Shown one piece after another: positions 1 to 14,079 of a stretch of 64,000 bases of DNA. Positions within the stretch are counted from its first letter, which is position 1. Each line of letters begins with the position of its first letter. A model generated the notes under the pieces. That model ran no database searches. It was not told the DNA's origin and worked only from the letters and a program-made list of their open reading frames with translations. Both the position numbers and the translations under genes were made by a program. The stretch is from Macrostomum lignano (lineage: Eukaryota): NCBI GenBank assembly GCA_002269645.1, contig NIVC01000031.1, forward strand, positions 124,001 through 188,000, written 5' to 3'.

Positions 1-3000
1 TTCACTTCGCTTCGATGCAGTTCGTCTTCTAAACCGAAGATTCGCTGCTTGTCGGCCTCGCGCTGGACTCGGCGGTGTTCGCGTTCGTCCGACCGGACTC
101 GATCGGTGCGGCCCTCCTCGACAAGCCACTGGCGCCAATTTGGCTGAATTCCGCCGTCCACGCGACCGGTGTTGGGATCTGTCAGGCAGAGAAAGAGGAA
201 GTGAAGGGAGGTGAGTAAAATCCAGGTGAAGTGAGGTGAGTAAAATCCAGGTGGAGTGAGGTGAGTAAAATCCAGGTGGAGTGAGGTGGGTGAAGCTAGG
301 CGGAGTGAGGTGGGTGAAGCTAGGCGGAGTGAGGTGGGTGAAGCTAGGCGAAGTGAGGTGGGTGAAGCTAGGCGGAGTGAGGTGGGTGAAGCTAGGCGAA
401 GTGAGGTGGGTGAAGCTAGGCGGAGTGAGGTGGGTGAAGCTAGGTGAAGTGAGGTGGGTGAAGCTAGGCGGAGTGAGGTGGGTGAAGCTAGGCGGAGTGA
501 GGTGGGTAAAAGCTAGGCGGAGTGAGGTGCGTGAAGCTAGGCGGAGTGAGGTGGGTAAAAGCTAGGCGGAGTGAAGTGGGTAAAAGCTAGGCGGAGTGAG
601 GTGGGTAAAAGCTAGGCGGAGTGAGGTGGGTAAAAGCTAGGCGGAGTGAAGTGGGTAAAAGCTAGGCGGAGTGAGGTGGGTAAAGCTTATTTGGTGGTCG
701 ACATTTTGAATCTACCACGTAACAGATCAAATTATATTTAAGAAGTCTGATAACAAAGAATTAAGAGCTCTGCTTACTTTGAGTCGGGTCCAAAATTGGA
801 GCAGTCTTGTCAAAGTTGATCAACCGGTATAGATCGGAAAAGTAGAACCGATTGATGAGGTATTGGAAGTCGCGAGCTAGTAGCTTCAGACCCTCGGTTT
901 TCAAAGCCTTTTCAAAGGCTGCCAGCTGTCAAAAATTTGTAAAATTTTATAGCTTTTGTTTTAAACAAGCGATGGGAATATCACATTGTAGGAAGTGGTG
1001 TGGGTGAACAAGATTAGTGTCGCAGCCTTTTATGGGGTTTTGTAGGGATAGTTGTAGGGAGTGTTGTAGGCAGTGTTGTAGGGATTGTTGTAGGGAGTGT
1101 TGTAGGAAATGTTGCAGGGAGTTTTGTTGGGAGTCTTGTAGGGAGTGTTGTTGCAAGGATGTAAGAAGGTGCTGTAACCCATAATGAAGCATCTTTGAGA
1201 AGGTATTCCACACAACGCTCCAATTGTTAAGGTAGATTCTGCAGAGGGGTGTTTCAAAGTCCTGCAATTAAAGTTGCTCACATTAGCTCCAGCCTTCAGC
1301 GGCGCCTTCATCAAGATGAAGTAGCAAGCAACAGCGATGGCCACAAATTCCTCCTGCAGCCCTGGCATGTCCAAGGACACAACGTACTGATCCCAGATGA
1401 ACAGCAGGGCGTCCATGCCCAGGATGCCTGCGAAATATGAAATGATGAATTACTTTCGATTGAAGCTTACTACTTGAACAGAATCTACTCAAACAAAGCA
1501 ACAACTTATTCTCTGCAATCCAGCAGCATCTCAAATCCTACAATCCAGCATACAATCCAGCATCTCAAATCCTGCAAAACAGCATCTCAAATCCTACAAT
1601 CCATCATCTCAAATCCTACAATCCAGCATCTCAAATCCTACAATCCAGCATTAAAGATCTAAACGCCCAACTCACCAACAAAGAACGGCTTCAGCAGGGT
1701 CTTCATCAGCGGCATCATCGCACCGGCTAGGTACATGTCGTCGTCTTGATCGGAGAAGTCGGCTCCATGCTCCCGACCCGGCGCCAGGGCAGCGGCAAAC
1801 ACGTTGATAATTTCAGCATCAGCCTGACGGGCCAACGCAATCACTCGAGCAGTGAAGTGCTTAAGTGCGGATTCGTTCTCCTCGTGCCCGGTGTCCACCA
1901 TGAATTTGGGCCGGCCGCTCATGAAGGTGAAGTACTCTTGCACCAGAACTTCTACTACAGCTGTTGGCGGCGGTTCATGTCTGGAAAATGATAAGGCACC
2001 GGGAGTAGATGCGACGTTAGAATATGCAAACACACGGCTGATGGCATTATAATCAGGGAGTGACTGACTGACAATAAGGACATCGCAAAATGGCATCGAA
2101 ATCAGGGAGTGACTGACTGTAAAGACATCGAGAAATGGCATCGATATCAGGGAGTGACTGACTGTAAAGACATCGAGAAATGGCATCGAAATCAGGGAGT
2201 GACTGACTGTAAAGACATCGAGAAATGGCATCGAAATCAGGGAGTGACTGACTGTAAAGACATCGAGAAATAGCATCGAAATCAGGGAGTGACTGACTGT
2301 TAAGACATCGAGAAATGGCATCGAAATCAGGGAGTGACTGACTGTAAAGACATCGAGAAATAGCATCGAAATCAGGGAGTGACTGACTGTAAAGACATCG
2401 AGAAATGGCATCGAAATCAGGGAGTGACTGACTGTAAAGACATCGAGAAATAGCATCGAAATCAGGGAGTGACTGACTGTAAAGACATCGAGAAATGGCA
2501 TCGAAATCAGGGAGTGACTGACTGTAAAGACATCGAGAAATGGCATCGAAATCAGGGAGTGACTGACTGTAAAGACATCGAGAAATGGCATCGAAATCAG
2601 GGAGTGACTGACTGTTAAGACATCGTGAAATGGCATCGATACTAGGGAGTGACTGACTGTTAAGACATCGAGAAATGGCATCGATACTAGGGAGTGACTG
2701 ACTGTTAAGACATCGAGAAATGGCATCGATATCAGGGAGTGACTGACTGTTAAGACATCGAGAAATGGCATCGAAATCAGGGAGTGACTGACTGTAAAGA
2801 CATCGAGAAATGGCATCGAAATCAGGGAGTGACTGACTGTTAAGACATCGAGAAATGGCATCGAAATCAGGGAGTGACTGACTGTTAAGACATCGAGAAA
2901 TGGCATCGATATCAGGGAGTGACTGACTGTTAAGACATCGAGAAATGGCATCGAAATCAGGGAGTGACTGACTGTAAAGACACCGAGAAATGGCATCGAA

Positions 3001-4737
3001 ATCAGGGAGTGACTGACTGTTAAGACATCGAGAAATGGCATCGAAATCAGGGAGTGACTGACTGTTAAGACATCGAGAAATGGCATCGAAATCAGGGAGT
3101 GACTGACTGTAAAGACATCGAAAAATGGCATCGAAATCAGGGAGTGACTGACTGTTAAGACATCGAGAAATGGCATCGAAATCAGGGAGTAACTGACAGC
3201 GAAACGCCCAGACACTAAAGTACAGAAATCTCAGCTTGGATAAAAACTGAAACGTTCATAAAGTACTTGTAAACACCCAAGCTAACCTGGCAATCCGGTG
3301 CTGAATAACCTGCAGAAACGGTGCAATCAACAAGATCTCGGAGTCAGTGAGACGCTGCTGCGAGCTTTTCATCGCATGATAGTAGGATAACACAGCTTTC
3401 ATGGCGTACCAAGCACCAGTTGATCCGTGCATATCCTTCAGGCTGGGCTCCTTGGATAGGATCTGCTTGCACCGCTCGCTAATTCCGTAGTCGTCGATGG
3501 AAATTGCCTGCTGAGGATTTGAGTGCAGTATCCGATGGTACTGCTGCAGAACTGTGGAAGGAAAGAAAACAATATTGGGATGTTAACTGTCTGCCAAGCC
3601 TATTCACTCACGGCGGCTTCCTGTAGAGGTGATGCAAGCAGCCCTATTCCACTGCGTACTAACCAAAATTCAGTCAGCTTAACTGCAACAAGACCACTAG
3701 AATTTACCGTTGCCTCAGGACATAACACTCGCGTTCTAAGAAAGTTTGTTTACGAGCGTATAAAACCCAAATTCTTCCAAATTCATTTTACTGGAGTCTA
3801 ATCTATAAGTTGGTTGAATTGATTGAATTGATAGTTGAATCTTCTGGAAGCGGGAAAAAGCGAAAGTAATCTATAATCATATAAATTTGACTCACCATAC
3901 TCGTTGTTAAAGTACACTCTCCACACGTGCAGCCTCAAGCCTAGCGGTAGCGACTGGTTGAGAAAGCGAACGAACTGACTTTTGAGATCCGGCCACTTGT
4001 ACAACAGGGACACAATGCCTTCCACAACGCCGGCATGGATAGCCTCTGATCGTGTCTGATAGGGACTGTTTAGTTCGAATTCTTTGCTAACCTGATCATT
4101 CAGATTCGTTTCAGTAGCTCTGGACAGCGCGTGAAATAGCTGTTGATGAGTTTCGCCTAAAAATGATTAAATTTATTTATCGAACCTTCAAAACCGTACC
4201 AATACTCAATAGTATCATTATCTCTAAGAACTCACCTCCAGAAAGCATTCTGAGTCCTTTCTCCTCAAATAGAATTTTTTCCGCCTCGGACAGATCGGTG
4301 AACTGTTGAACGTGACTTTCAACCAGCTGCTGCTGAATAGCGTCTTGCAGTTCTCCGAGAAAACCGTTCCATTCCTAAAGAAATAGCATAGAAAGAAGTA
4401 TAAATTGCAAGCTTGCTTTAGCAATGACTATATATAATATGTGCTTCTTATCGGTTGGCATTAGCGTTAAGTCACAGTTAAAATATATACATCCTTATTA
4501 AAAAAGTAATGACAAAGATTAAGTACGCAAAGAAACATTAAATCATAAAAATACCAATCAAAGATCGGCAAGAACTGTTTTTCTGACGACAGACGGATTT
4601 TGAAACTAAATATCTCTGCCTGTTTGAGGCAGAACAAACGTCAATAAATTCAATGAAAATATTACCTTGGTCGTTGCAACATCATCAACAGACTTATTTA
4701 ACCACAATGGTGCCTTGGCGTCGAATAAGTGAGACAT
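1..4737 (-). CDS. Uncharacterised spliced protein with TBC/Rab-GAP-like motifs (3' end beyond the window)
   Basis: Phase-consistent GT-AG exons 4737-4666 (MSHLFDAK...), 4374-4236, 4156-3896, 3551-3287, 1980-1676, 1427-1282, 925-778, 178-<1, open throughout. LPLGLRLHVWRVY and FFVGILGMDALLFIWDQY resemble the N- and C-terminal TBC motifs. Gene structure is well supported; the family call is weaker. Confidence 0.7.
205..690. repeat. Intronic minisatellite, 24/25-bp unit (gaggtgggtgaagctaggcggagt)
   Basis: Direct tandem repeats; they generate the spurious ORF 281-565. Confidence 0.95.
1030..1160. repeat. Intronic 12-bp tandem repeat (tgttgtagggag-like)
   Basis: Degenerate tandem copies in the intron between exons 1427-1282 and 925-778. 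Confidence 0.8.
1515..1650. repeat. Intronic ~22-bp tandem repeat (atccagcatctcaaatcctaca)
   Basis: Degenerate tandem copies. Confidence 0.8.
2050..3200. repeat. Intronic minisatellite, 42-bp unit, about 27 copies
   Basis: Unit atcagggagtgactgactgtaaagacatcgagaaatggcatcgaa-like; it explains the 14-aa periodic ORF 1659-3215. Confidence 0.95.
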
Positions 4738-5178
4738 ATTGGGAAGCTAAATTGGGATGATAAATTAAAAAATCACAACGCGATTGTTCAAGAGCCAAAA
4801 AAGTTCATTAGGAATTATAAAAATACCTAACTTGTAATTCAAATTTTGTTTGCGTCTAAAGAAGCAAAAATGCGAACTAAAAACACTAAAATTAAACATC
4901 TTGTTTCAAAATAAAACTATTTTTTCACGTATATAACAGTTAACAGAATATTTTTAAGTTTCCTGCAAAGTTTTCGACATAAATTTGATTTAATAATCTA
5001 AAAAGCTGTAAACAATTATAAATTCCTTGGGAAAACGAATTTCGAAGATATGCGTTTTGTTTTGTCCAATTTCATATTTACATTTTTACTCTTATTTAAT
5101 ACCTATCTAAAGACTCCAGTGGTTAATTAAGTAGGTTAAATACCCTAAAAATCGCAGTGTAATTTTAAGTGCCTTGCT

Positions 5179-8100
5179 ATGGTCTCCGATTCTATCACTT
5201 CAGTATTTCCTAACAATACTGATGTTGTGTCAGTACAAGGAGGATATGGTGTTATGATTGGCACTATCATTTTCTTCAACATTCTTAACCGCATCGTTAG
5301 TTACATTGGAGTTCCTGTAGCTGTCGTTAAACATGCAGTAAATAAGGAAGAGGAAGCCTGGAAATGGAAAAATCTTTTGTTGTCCTGGATTCATGCATTT
5401 ATTGTTGGTCTCTGGGATATATTATGGTAAGTTTCTATTCTAACAATAGTTTAGAACAAGTAGTAGGCATTTCTTTTTGATTTAATAGAAATTACCTAAT
5501 AATATGTTCTTTTTTCTGTGAATATGAGACTAAAATATATATTTTTTTAAATAAGTAAATTTCATTTTTTTAAATGATTCTAATTTTATTGGCAATAATT
5601 AATAAAAACTGATTTGTATATTTTTTGAATTAGATAAACAATTGTAATGTTATTTAAACTAAATTGTCATTCAGTCCTAGATAGTATTTAGTTTTAATAT
5701 AAGGATAAATTTTGGAGAGAAGCATATATGCGCAACTTTGGGAATCATCTAGCCATTTCTATTATTGGCAACATATACACGACATAGTTAGGAATGGCCT
5801 TTTTCACAGAAAATTCTGGCACAAAAGGGTTGGACATGCACTGTGCTGGCACATTCTAGTGCAAAAAGAGGCAAAAGAGAAAAATCTAGTGCAGCACGGC
5901 GCAAAAAAAATTGGCACAATTTGGTATAGGAAAAAAACTTCCAACAAGACCATATTTTCTCTAAAAAAATAAGCATGTATAATTTTTTGTTATTAGCACT
6001 TTTTGTTTGTTGATATATTGACAGCTTTCTAATTCATTTATGTTAACATTGCATTTTCTATGAAACAGATTCAAATATAATAAGTTTTACTAGTATTTTC
6101 AAACAGAAAATTACTGATTTTTGTGTTTTTTTTCAAAACTTGCAGTACATGGCGCAAGTAAACTTTTTTGATAAGATTTGTTCTAGTGCATGGCGCAATC
6201 AAACTTTTTTTGATAGGATTCATTCTAGTACAGGTGTGCCATGATCCTGACTAGGCCCTTATGGCATATATTAAGTTGCTATTGGCTAAGAGCAATCACG
6301 TGACTACTATTCTATCTAATAGTGACTTATGTGTGTGTTTTGCCAATAGAAACAGCCAAGTGAATCCCAAGGTTGTACCCAAGCATAGAGGAAAGTGAGA
6401 GTACCATAGTCCAAATCATGCTAGGTGCGTACTTAAGCACAAATTGAATAATTACAAATGCCCACACAAATTGAGTGCATGCCCACTCTCAAATCTATGC
6501 AATATACTAATGTTGCAATAATAAAAGACCTTTTTATATTGCAAAAATAAATGATCATTCTTTTAATTGCATAATAGACCCTTTAAGGCTATAAATTATT
6601 TTATATTTTTCCACTTAACATTAATTCTTCCACATAATTCTATAAAAAACACACTAAGTATGCATGCCTACTTTTGGCTTACAAGGCAATGCATGCCCAA
6701 ATTTTTAGGCATATATTATATGATCTAAAATATGGCAAAAGAAGTGGCCATCCTTCCCAAAAAGCTTGACAGAACTTTATGGCTCCAAAAAACCTAAGTT
6801 TATGCCTCCTAAACTTGATTTTTTACCTCTAAACACATTTTTATGCCTCTAAGCTTGATTCTTTGCCTCTAAATGCTTTTTTGCATCTCTAAGCTTGATT
6901 TTTTGTCCTTTTTATGGACTTTTGCATCCATAGCTTAAAAATTGGCACCTTTTATACTCATGTTGGCATCCTAAACTTGGATTGCCCCCTTTCCCCCTAA
7001 ATGAAACTCTAGATCTACTACTGATTTAGTATTTCAACATTTGCAAACAATTTGTTAATCAAGTTTTTTTATTTTCTATTATAATATTTAATGCTAAAAT
7101 TGAGGTTAAAAAGGCAAAGAATATATGTGCAACTAGTGATAAGTCTAGATATTCAGATTTGGGATTTTTTGTACATTTGGATTCAGTTTTAGAAACTTGC
7201 AAAATTCTATTATCACTATGTGTAACCCCTCTGATATACATTGACTATAGAACTTAATTTTTTGACTAAGAATAAAAATAGAACTTACTTATATAAGAAT
7301 TCTAAGCAAAAATTAATGTATTTTTTATAAATGGCAAGACTAAGTATAGCTATATAATATTATTAAAGCTAAATGCCTCATAATCCAATTAGTACTATGT
7401 CTATGTTTTTCTAATGGGAATTTTTGCAACTTATCTTAGCATGTATTATTCATGTTTTTTTAATAGCTTAACAGCTTTTATAATATATTTATCAACTGAA
7501 GTAAATATATTCTATAATGCCAAGATACATTTTTAAGACTATTTATTAGTCCTAGCCTTAGGTTAGTCAGGATTATAGCATAAGGAACTAGTACAAAAAA
7601 AGTAGCTGATTCATTGAAAGGATGATAGTCAAGAAGACAATACCTAAAAAGATAATACTCAAATGGATAATTGTCCAAATATTTTAAACTATTATTTGTT
7701 AATTTTTTAAATATATTCAAATTTATTTCACTTATTGCCTTCAATATACTAGATCTACTAAATGGTTGCTACATTTGAATTTAAAAAATAAAATTTCTTA
7801 ATTGTTTTGTTAAAGTTAAGCTTATCATTCAGTAGTGGTCCAAAAGTTCTGATCTAACTATGGCAATATAATTCTATATGTTGTTAATTTAACAATGTAT
7901 ATTATTGTATTAGTCCATTATATCTAGACTTTGGGTAGTATATATATGCCAAAAAAGTCTAGCATATAGGACTTATAATACACCATTGATATTCAACTTG
8001 GCATATAAAAGAGCCTAACATGCCCTTTTGGCATATAGCTTGACATTTAGAGATTGCTGAGACAATAAGTGGGACAAAGTTCCAAGTCCCAACCAATGTA

Positions 8101-11100
8101 CTTAATTAATATACAAAAAATGACCAAGTTTAAGTTAAGCATAATTTTTATATTTATAGTTGGAAAAGCAAAATTTTAATCAAAAACTGAATAAGAATAT
8201 TTTCTAAAAAATAATGAAAAAATAAATTAAAATTCATGGTGTTTATAACTTTTCTAAGATAAAAAATTAACTAGTTCTTTATAATTTGTTTTTTTTGCAG
8301 AGATAAAAAATAAGATTAAAATATAGTTAGTACTTTTTTGCCTTAGTGTATTTTCCTGTGATATAAATTCATTGGCATATAGGAACTATAGAAACAAATT
8401 TCATTTTGGTGTACACTGGTACACAATCCTAAAACTGGCAATACATTTTAACTATTTGTACATTTTAACAAATATAAGTATTGTATAAGTCTAGTGCATT
8501 TTAGCTACCTTGTTACTTATAAAGCTTAAAAATACAAGTCTAATGAATGTGAACTTATAATTGGTCCTACCTTAAAGTAGTCCTAATTTCTGCTTCCAAG
8601 GTCCAATTTATTAATTTAGTCATTTTTTATCTAGATCTATAATCTAATATTGGCCAACAAATGGGAAAAATGGCTTTGCTCTATCATGCCAAATGCACCA
8701 CAGGAAAAAGGAATTATAGTCAAACCTCAGTGGGCAATTCTCTTGGACCCATTACTAGTCAGTCCTAGGTAATTACCATTTTAATATCAAGGTATTCATA
8801 ACTCAACTCAATAGATGATTGTTAAGCTGCTTAGATGATTTCTAAGCTGTTGGAGTTTCTATAACTCTCTAACCCTTTGACTCATGCCCCTCTAAATTCT
8901 TAAATGTATATAATGAATATAATATTTTAAATTTATTTTAAATAAAATTAGTCTATATTTATATTTTTCCTAACTTGATCTATATCTAATATCTGACAGA
9001 TGAAACAGTCTAGTAAGATAATAAAAAAATAGCATTAGCATTAGTTAATTTTGTTGTAAAAAAGTTCTTGTAAATACAAAATCTTCTAAATGGACTTGAT
9101 TCTACATGTAGTCACATTAATTTGCCACTAAATTGAAATCTTTGCTTGGGTCTATTGTGAAATTAAGATCCTTCAGGGCCTAGCCTCCTAGGCAAGGTGA
9201 AGTATGTATTGCCTAACAATAAATAAAGTTAGACCATTAACATTCCTGTGTCTATGTATATAACTGTGTATGTATGTGCACTTGGTATTGCTGCTCAGTG
9301 GAGTTAATGGAATGGTCAGTAATGCCACTCCCTAGTTGTGTAACAAATTTGTTTTTAGTATACCATCTTGCATACAGACCCCATGTCTACAAGTACCTAT
9401 TAAAATATTTAATTCCTTTAAAACTTTTTTATTAAAAAACCTAATTCTATACAATTTCAAATTCAATTTGTAGTTTTTACTACTACCCCGAGATTTGGCA
9501 AGATCTCATCACTCACATCACACCATTCACCTATTATATGGTGGCTGTGTCCACAGGTAAGATATAATCTTTGCATTTTGTTTCTATTTCTGGGTGTGCT
9601 CTATCTCAATTTTGAATCTTTCACTTTATCCAAACTTCATTAGGTCCAAAACTTCATTTAATTTCAAAATATTTAAGAACTTCCCAGAATCTGATCTGAT
9701 CTTCATCAACACAGAATATCCACAGTTTGTTGCTGCTGTGTAAAATCATACTAATCCCTGGCACTTTCCTCTCCACCCACTAAAGGCTACTTCATGTACG
9801 ACTTTGGCGACCTAATTGTTCAAAAGAAAGTATTGGAAATGTGGCAATTAACGTTGCACCATATTGCGGTAAGTGTTGTTAAAAGTTACAATTAATTTTA
9901 GCATTTACTATTTTTACTCTATTTTAGATAAGCTTGCAAGCTGGATTAGTTAAACCTTTGTCTTTATTGGCACATACACACAGCGGTAGCTGCTATGCAC
10001 CAATTATTATTTTGCTGAATTACCTCAATTGCTTCATCTGATAGTCGTAAAATCAATCGTCACTACAGCTAAGAAGAATGAGCGAGTAGATGAGAAGGGA
10101 TCGTGAGAAGAGAGCTGAGAAGAGACAAAAATACTGAGCGGTCTGGATTGCTATTGTGAACTTTCAAAGGTCCCGAGGGCCCGGATAGAGAGGCATCGAT
10201 TTGATAGTGTTCATTGGTAGATTTTTCTAACAAATCAAACACAACACACGATGGCGTGTCTGCTTGTCTGTATCTGTAAAGGTTGTTCAAAGTTCAACAC
10301 TAAGTAAAACCATTGACAACAAGTATAAAACTCTGTAGAACTACTCGTAGATATCGGTTCAAACTGCAGTCACACCACCGCGTGCCCAACTCTTATGGTG
10401 CACTCTTGGCTTCTGTAAGAGGGGCAGTGCTTATGGGGACAGTACTGGAGTACCCCACTGCTACTATAATAAAAGAGTTCGCTTGAGAGAGGGAGAGAGA
10501 AAGAACGTGCTCACCAAAACGTTCAAGAGAAGTGCAAACGAGAAGAGAAATCGACTATACCCACGCAATAATGAACAGTGTTTTCCTTTCTGCAATGCGT
10601 TTTCTCTTACGTCGACTTTTTTTTCCTGCCAAGCTGGCACAAGCTATGGAACTCGTGTCTTGCACAACTGGACCTTAGAAATGGTTTACGCACCGCACTG
10701 GCAAGCGTCCTTACTCAGCCTTCACTTATCTTCTCCTGCCCGACCGTATCAGACAATTTATGAGCCTTAGTAGGGTTGGCTTGCGAATGAAATGCTCTGA
10801 GCCAAGCACTACTTAGCAAACCCACATATGCGTGCCTATTAATAGAAGCATTCATGGCATAGCATTAAGAAGAGAATGGGAACATTTGAAGGCCAATATA
10901 GGCGAAATTATAGAAGAATTTATAATCGATCCTAGTTAAATTTCTTTCCTAAAAATTTGTTCGCAATTTTTAGAATAAAAGTTAAAATTTAACTGCTTAA
11001 GGTAACGTATTTTGGTAATTCATGTATCAGAAAATGACATGCTTGCAACACTTATTTTAAAGTTGAACAGTTCGTTATGATTTACCTGTTTTATTTTTGT

Positions 11101-12073
11101 TTCGGTTTAAACGATGCGTTTCCAATGTAGACTAATTGATTTGTACTTTTGTCAGTGCCCTCTGACAACAGAGACCTCGGTTTACTTCTTACTCCACTCC
11201 TCTCAATCTCACTCCGTCTGCTCTAACTCTGCTCTCTTCTCAATTTACTCTTACTCTGTTTACTCTCACTCCACTCTCACTCTACTCTCTACTCTCGCTC
11301 TACTCCCACTCTGTTTACTCTCACTCCACTCTCACTCTACTCTCTACTCTCGCTCTACTCCCACTCTGTTTACTCTCACTCCACTCTCACTCTACTCGCC
11401 CTAACTCTAACTCTTCTTTATTCTAGGTCTAACTCTGCTCTATTCTCACTTCTCACTCAGTTTTTCATTCCAATCTTGCTCCTTTCGCCCACCCTTCTGC
11501 TAATCCATATTAGTCCCAACTTTCTCTAGCTAATCTGTTACTCATACTGATATTACAAATTTGCAGGTAACGTCAATGTTCTTCTACAATCTGACCACAA
11601 GAAGATGCGTCGCCTACAATGTCGTAGCACTCATGGCCGAGATTAATTCGTTTTTCTTGCACTCGCGCAAACTCATGCAAATGCAACAGTTCAAATTCAG
11701 CAGTCCAATTTATCGGGCCAACGCGCTAGTTAATCTGGTCACATTCTTATTTTGTCGCGGCTTCGGCCTGGGTAGAATCACCTACGGCATGATTGTTGAA
11801 GGTCACCGGGTTGACTCGGTGTACTTTTACACGCTGACCGGATCCATGTTCATCATGAATATGATTAACCCCGGCCTGTTTATCATCTTGTTAAAGAATG
11901 ACTTTCTAAGAAAAGATTATCACAGTAAGGCGACTAAGAAGCAGCTGAGAGGCTCTGGTGAGTCTGTTAAGCCGGTGCAAAACGGGCTTCATCCGACTGA
12001 GTCTACAGACTCCCTGCCCGGCTACAGTAAACTGCTAGCTGAAGGCAGTATTGACGCTCACAAGATTGATTAG
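5179..12073 (+). CDS. TLC (TRAM/LAG1/CLN8) domain membrane protein, TLCD1/TLCD2-like, ~306 aa
   Basis: Exons 5179-5426, 9474-9556, 9786-9868, 11567-12073 (921 nt, GT-AG, in frame). Motifs WKWKNLLLSWIHA, GYFMYD...LHHI and AEINSFFLHSRKL are typical of TLC proteins. Confidence 0.9.
11195..11460. repeat. CT-rich low-complexity repeat (ctcactctact-like)
   Basis: Degenerate pyrimidine-rich repeats in intron 3 of the TLC gene. Confidence 0.8.
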
Positions 12074-12332
12074 ATAAAATCTGAGGATTTTTATATATTT
12101 ATCCATTTCTTTTCTAAGCCAGATAACCGTCTAAAAGCTTAACTTTATTTATAAAAAAATTCTTTCTTTCTTATAATAATGTGTCCTATAGCTTGGTTTC
12201 TATTTACAGATGCACGTATATATATGAATTTTATTTAGTAATAGCTAGATTAATGCTATATTTATAGTTTTTCTGTTTACACGTATTTCAATTTGAATTT
12301 GTCTATTAATTTTATATCATAATTATCACCAG

Positions 12333-12950
12333 CCTCCCAGAGTGACAGTTGCTGGGCCAGCCTCCCAGATCCTCAGTTGCTGGGCCAGCCTCCCAGATCC
12401 TCAGTTGCTGGGCCAGCCTCTCAGATCCTCAGTTGCTGGGCCAGCCTCTCAGATCCTCAGTTGCTGGGCCAGCCTCTCAGATCCTCAGTTGCTGGGCCAG
12501 CCTCTCAGATCCTCAGTTGCTGGGCCAGCCTCTCAGATCCTCAGTTGCTGGGCCAGCCTCTCAGATCCTCAGTTGCTGGGCCAGCCTCTCAGATCCTCAG
12601 TTGCTGGGCCAGCCTCTCAGATCCTCAGTTGCTGGGCCAGCCTCTCAGATCCTCAGTTGCTGGGCCAGCCTCTCAGATCGTCAGTTTCTGGGCCAGCCTC
12701 TCAGATCCTCAGTTGCTGGGCCAGCCTCTCAGATCGTCAGTTTCTGGGCCAGACTCTCAGATCCTCAGTTGCTGGGCCAGCCTCTCAGATCCTCAGTTGC
12801 TGGGCCAGCCTCTCAGATCCTCAGTTGCTGGGCCAGCCTCTCAGATCCTCAGTTGCTGGGCCAGCCTCTCAGATCCTCAGTTGCTGGACCAGCCTCTCAG
12901 ATCCTCAATTGCTGTTCCAGCCTGCCAGATCCTCAATTGCTGGGCCACCA
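12333..12950. repeat. Minisatellite, 28-bp unit (ccagcctctcagatcctcagttgctggg), about 22 copies
   Basis: Tandem repeats; ORFs in all three plus frames are repeat artefacts. Confidence 0.95.
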
Positions 12951-14079
12951 GCCTCCCATTGCCATATCCAGAATCTAAAGTTTACCTTTAAATGAGCAAC
13001 TAAAGTAGCACCTCAATGTAACTTTCCAGTTTTTTATTTGTGAATCTTGTGTGTACTGTGTGCTACTGCTTAATACAATTAGTAGTCAATCTATCTTTTA
13101 TAAATTTTCGTGCTTCATGTCACCATTCTGCTCAGTCTATTATAATAAGAGCCTGCTAAAAATTCGTTTCTTTAACTTCTACGAGTAGCCGCAGCTATTT
13201 ATTAAAAACGGTCCTAACTAAAAAAAATCTTAAGTTTCTACTTACAGTAGCAAAGCGGAACAATTTTCTTTTTCTTTATTCATTTTACTGCTGAAATCAG
13301 TGTTTCGTTAATTGTTCTTTTGTTATATCGATTGCAATTTAAACGTATTCTCGAGTACTTAAATAATTAAAGTTGCTGGTGTCTCTTTGAAATTTTTGAC
13401 TTAATTAACTTTTTAAAGTTTATTACTCAACTGCTTTGTCAGAGAATTTAAATTAACTGACATGTGATGTGGTTGCATGAAATTTTTATTTATTATACTT
13501 GCTTTTTGTTGTTTTCTCATTCTTAACCAAAAAAATTGCACATTTTACGCAATCGTGTTAACTTAATATATCCGTTTAACTGTATTTCTATATAAAGATG
13601 TCCCTCTAGTTATTATTATTCATATTTTTTTCTAAAATGGGCCGCCTCTGTCTTTGCTGCGCAAGTGCAATGCTGCTTAGTCACATCCTAGATTTTTTGT
13701 TTTTTTTCTAAAAAAAATGTCATATCTTTTCTCTCTTGTTTGGAATATTGAATTAGAAGTGTTTTTAGGAATCAGTCTCACCTTTGCTCTAATCTCCTAA
13801 CTTTTCATTTTCATCATTATTAGTTGACAGGTGATTTATTGACTAATGTTTGTGACAGTTCTAGAATGGAGTTAACTATTTATTTTTAGAAGACAGTACT
13901 TTAATACTGTTGGAATGTAGTTCTATCTCTTGCTGACAGTAATAGTTTAGTCCAAAGTTTTCTTTATTGCTTCTTAATACTCGTAATTGGAGAAATGCTT
14001 GGAAACAGTAAATATCAAATAGTGGTTTGGCGTCTGTCACTGATGCTAGCAGACTAAATTATAGTGCGTCGTACCCCAT

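Noticed and set aside
1262-1281. Apparent AG acceptor 20 bp after the donor at 1281
   Set aside because: Intron too short; the acceptor at 925 gives a better, phase-consistent exon.
1659-3215. 518-aa ORF with a 14-aa repeat
   Set aside because: Most of it is the 42-bp intronic minisatellite; only 1980-1676 is a real exon.
5427-9473. Short ORFs in the 4-kb AT-rich TLC intron
   Set aside because: Low complexity, no recognisable motifs or splice-consistent chain.
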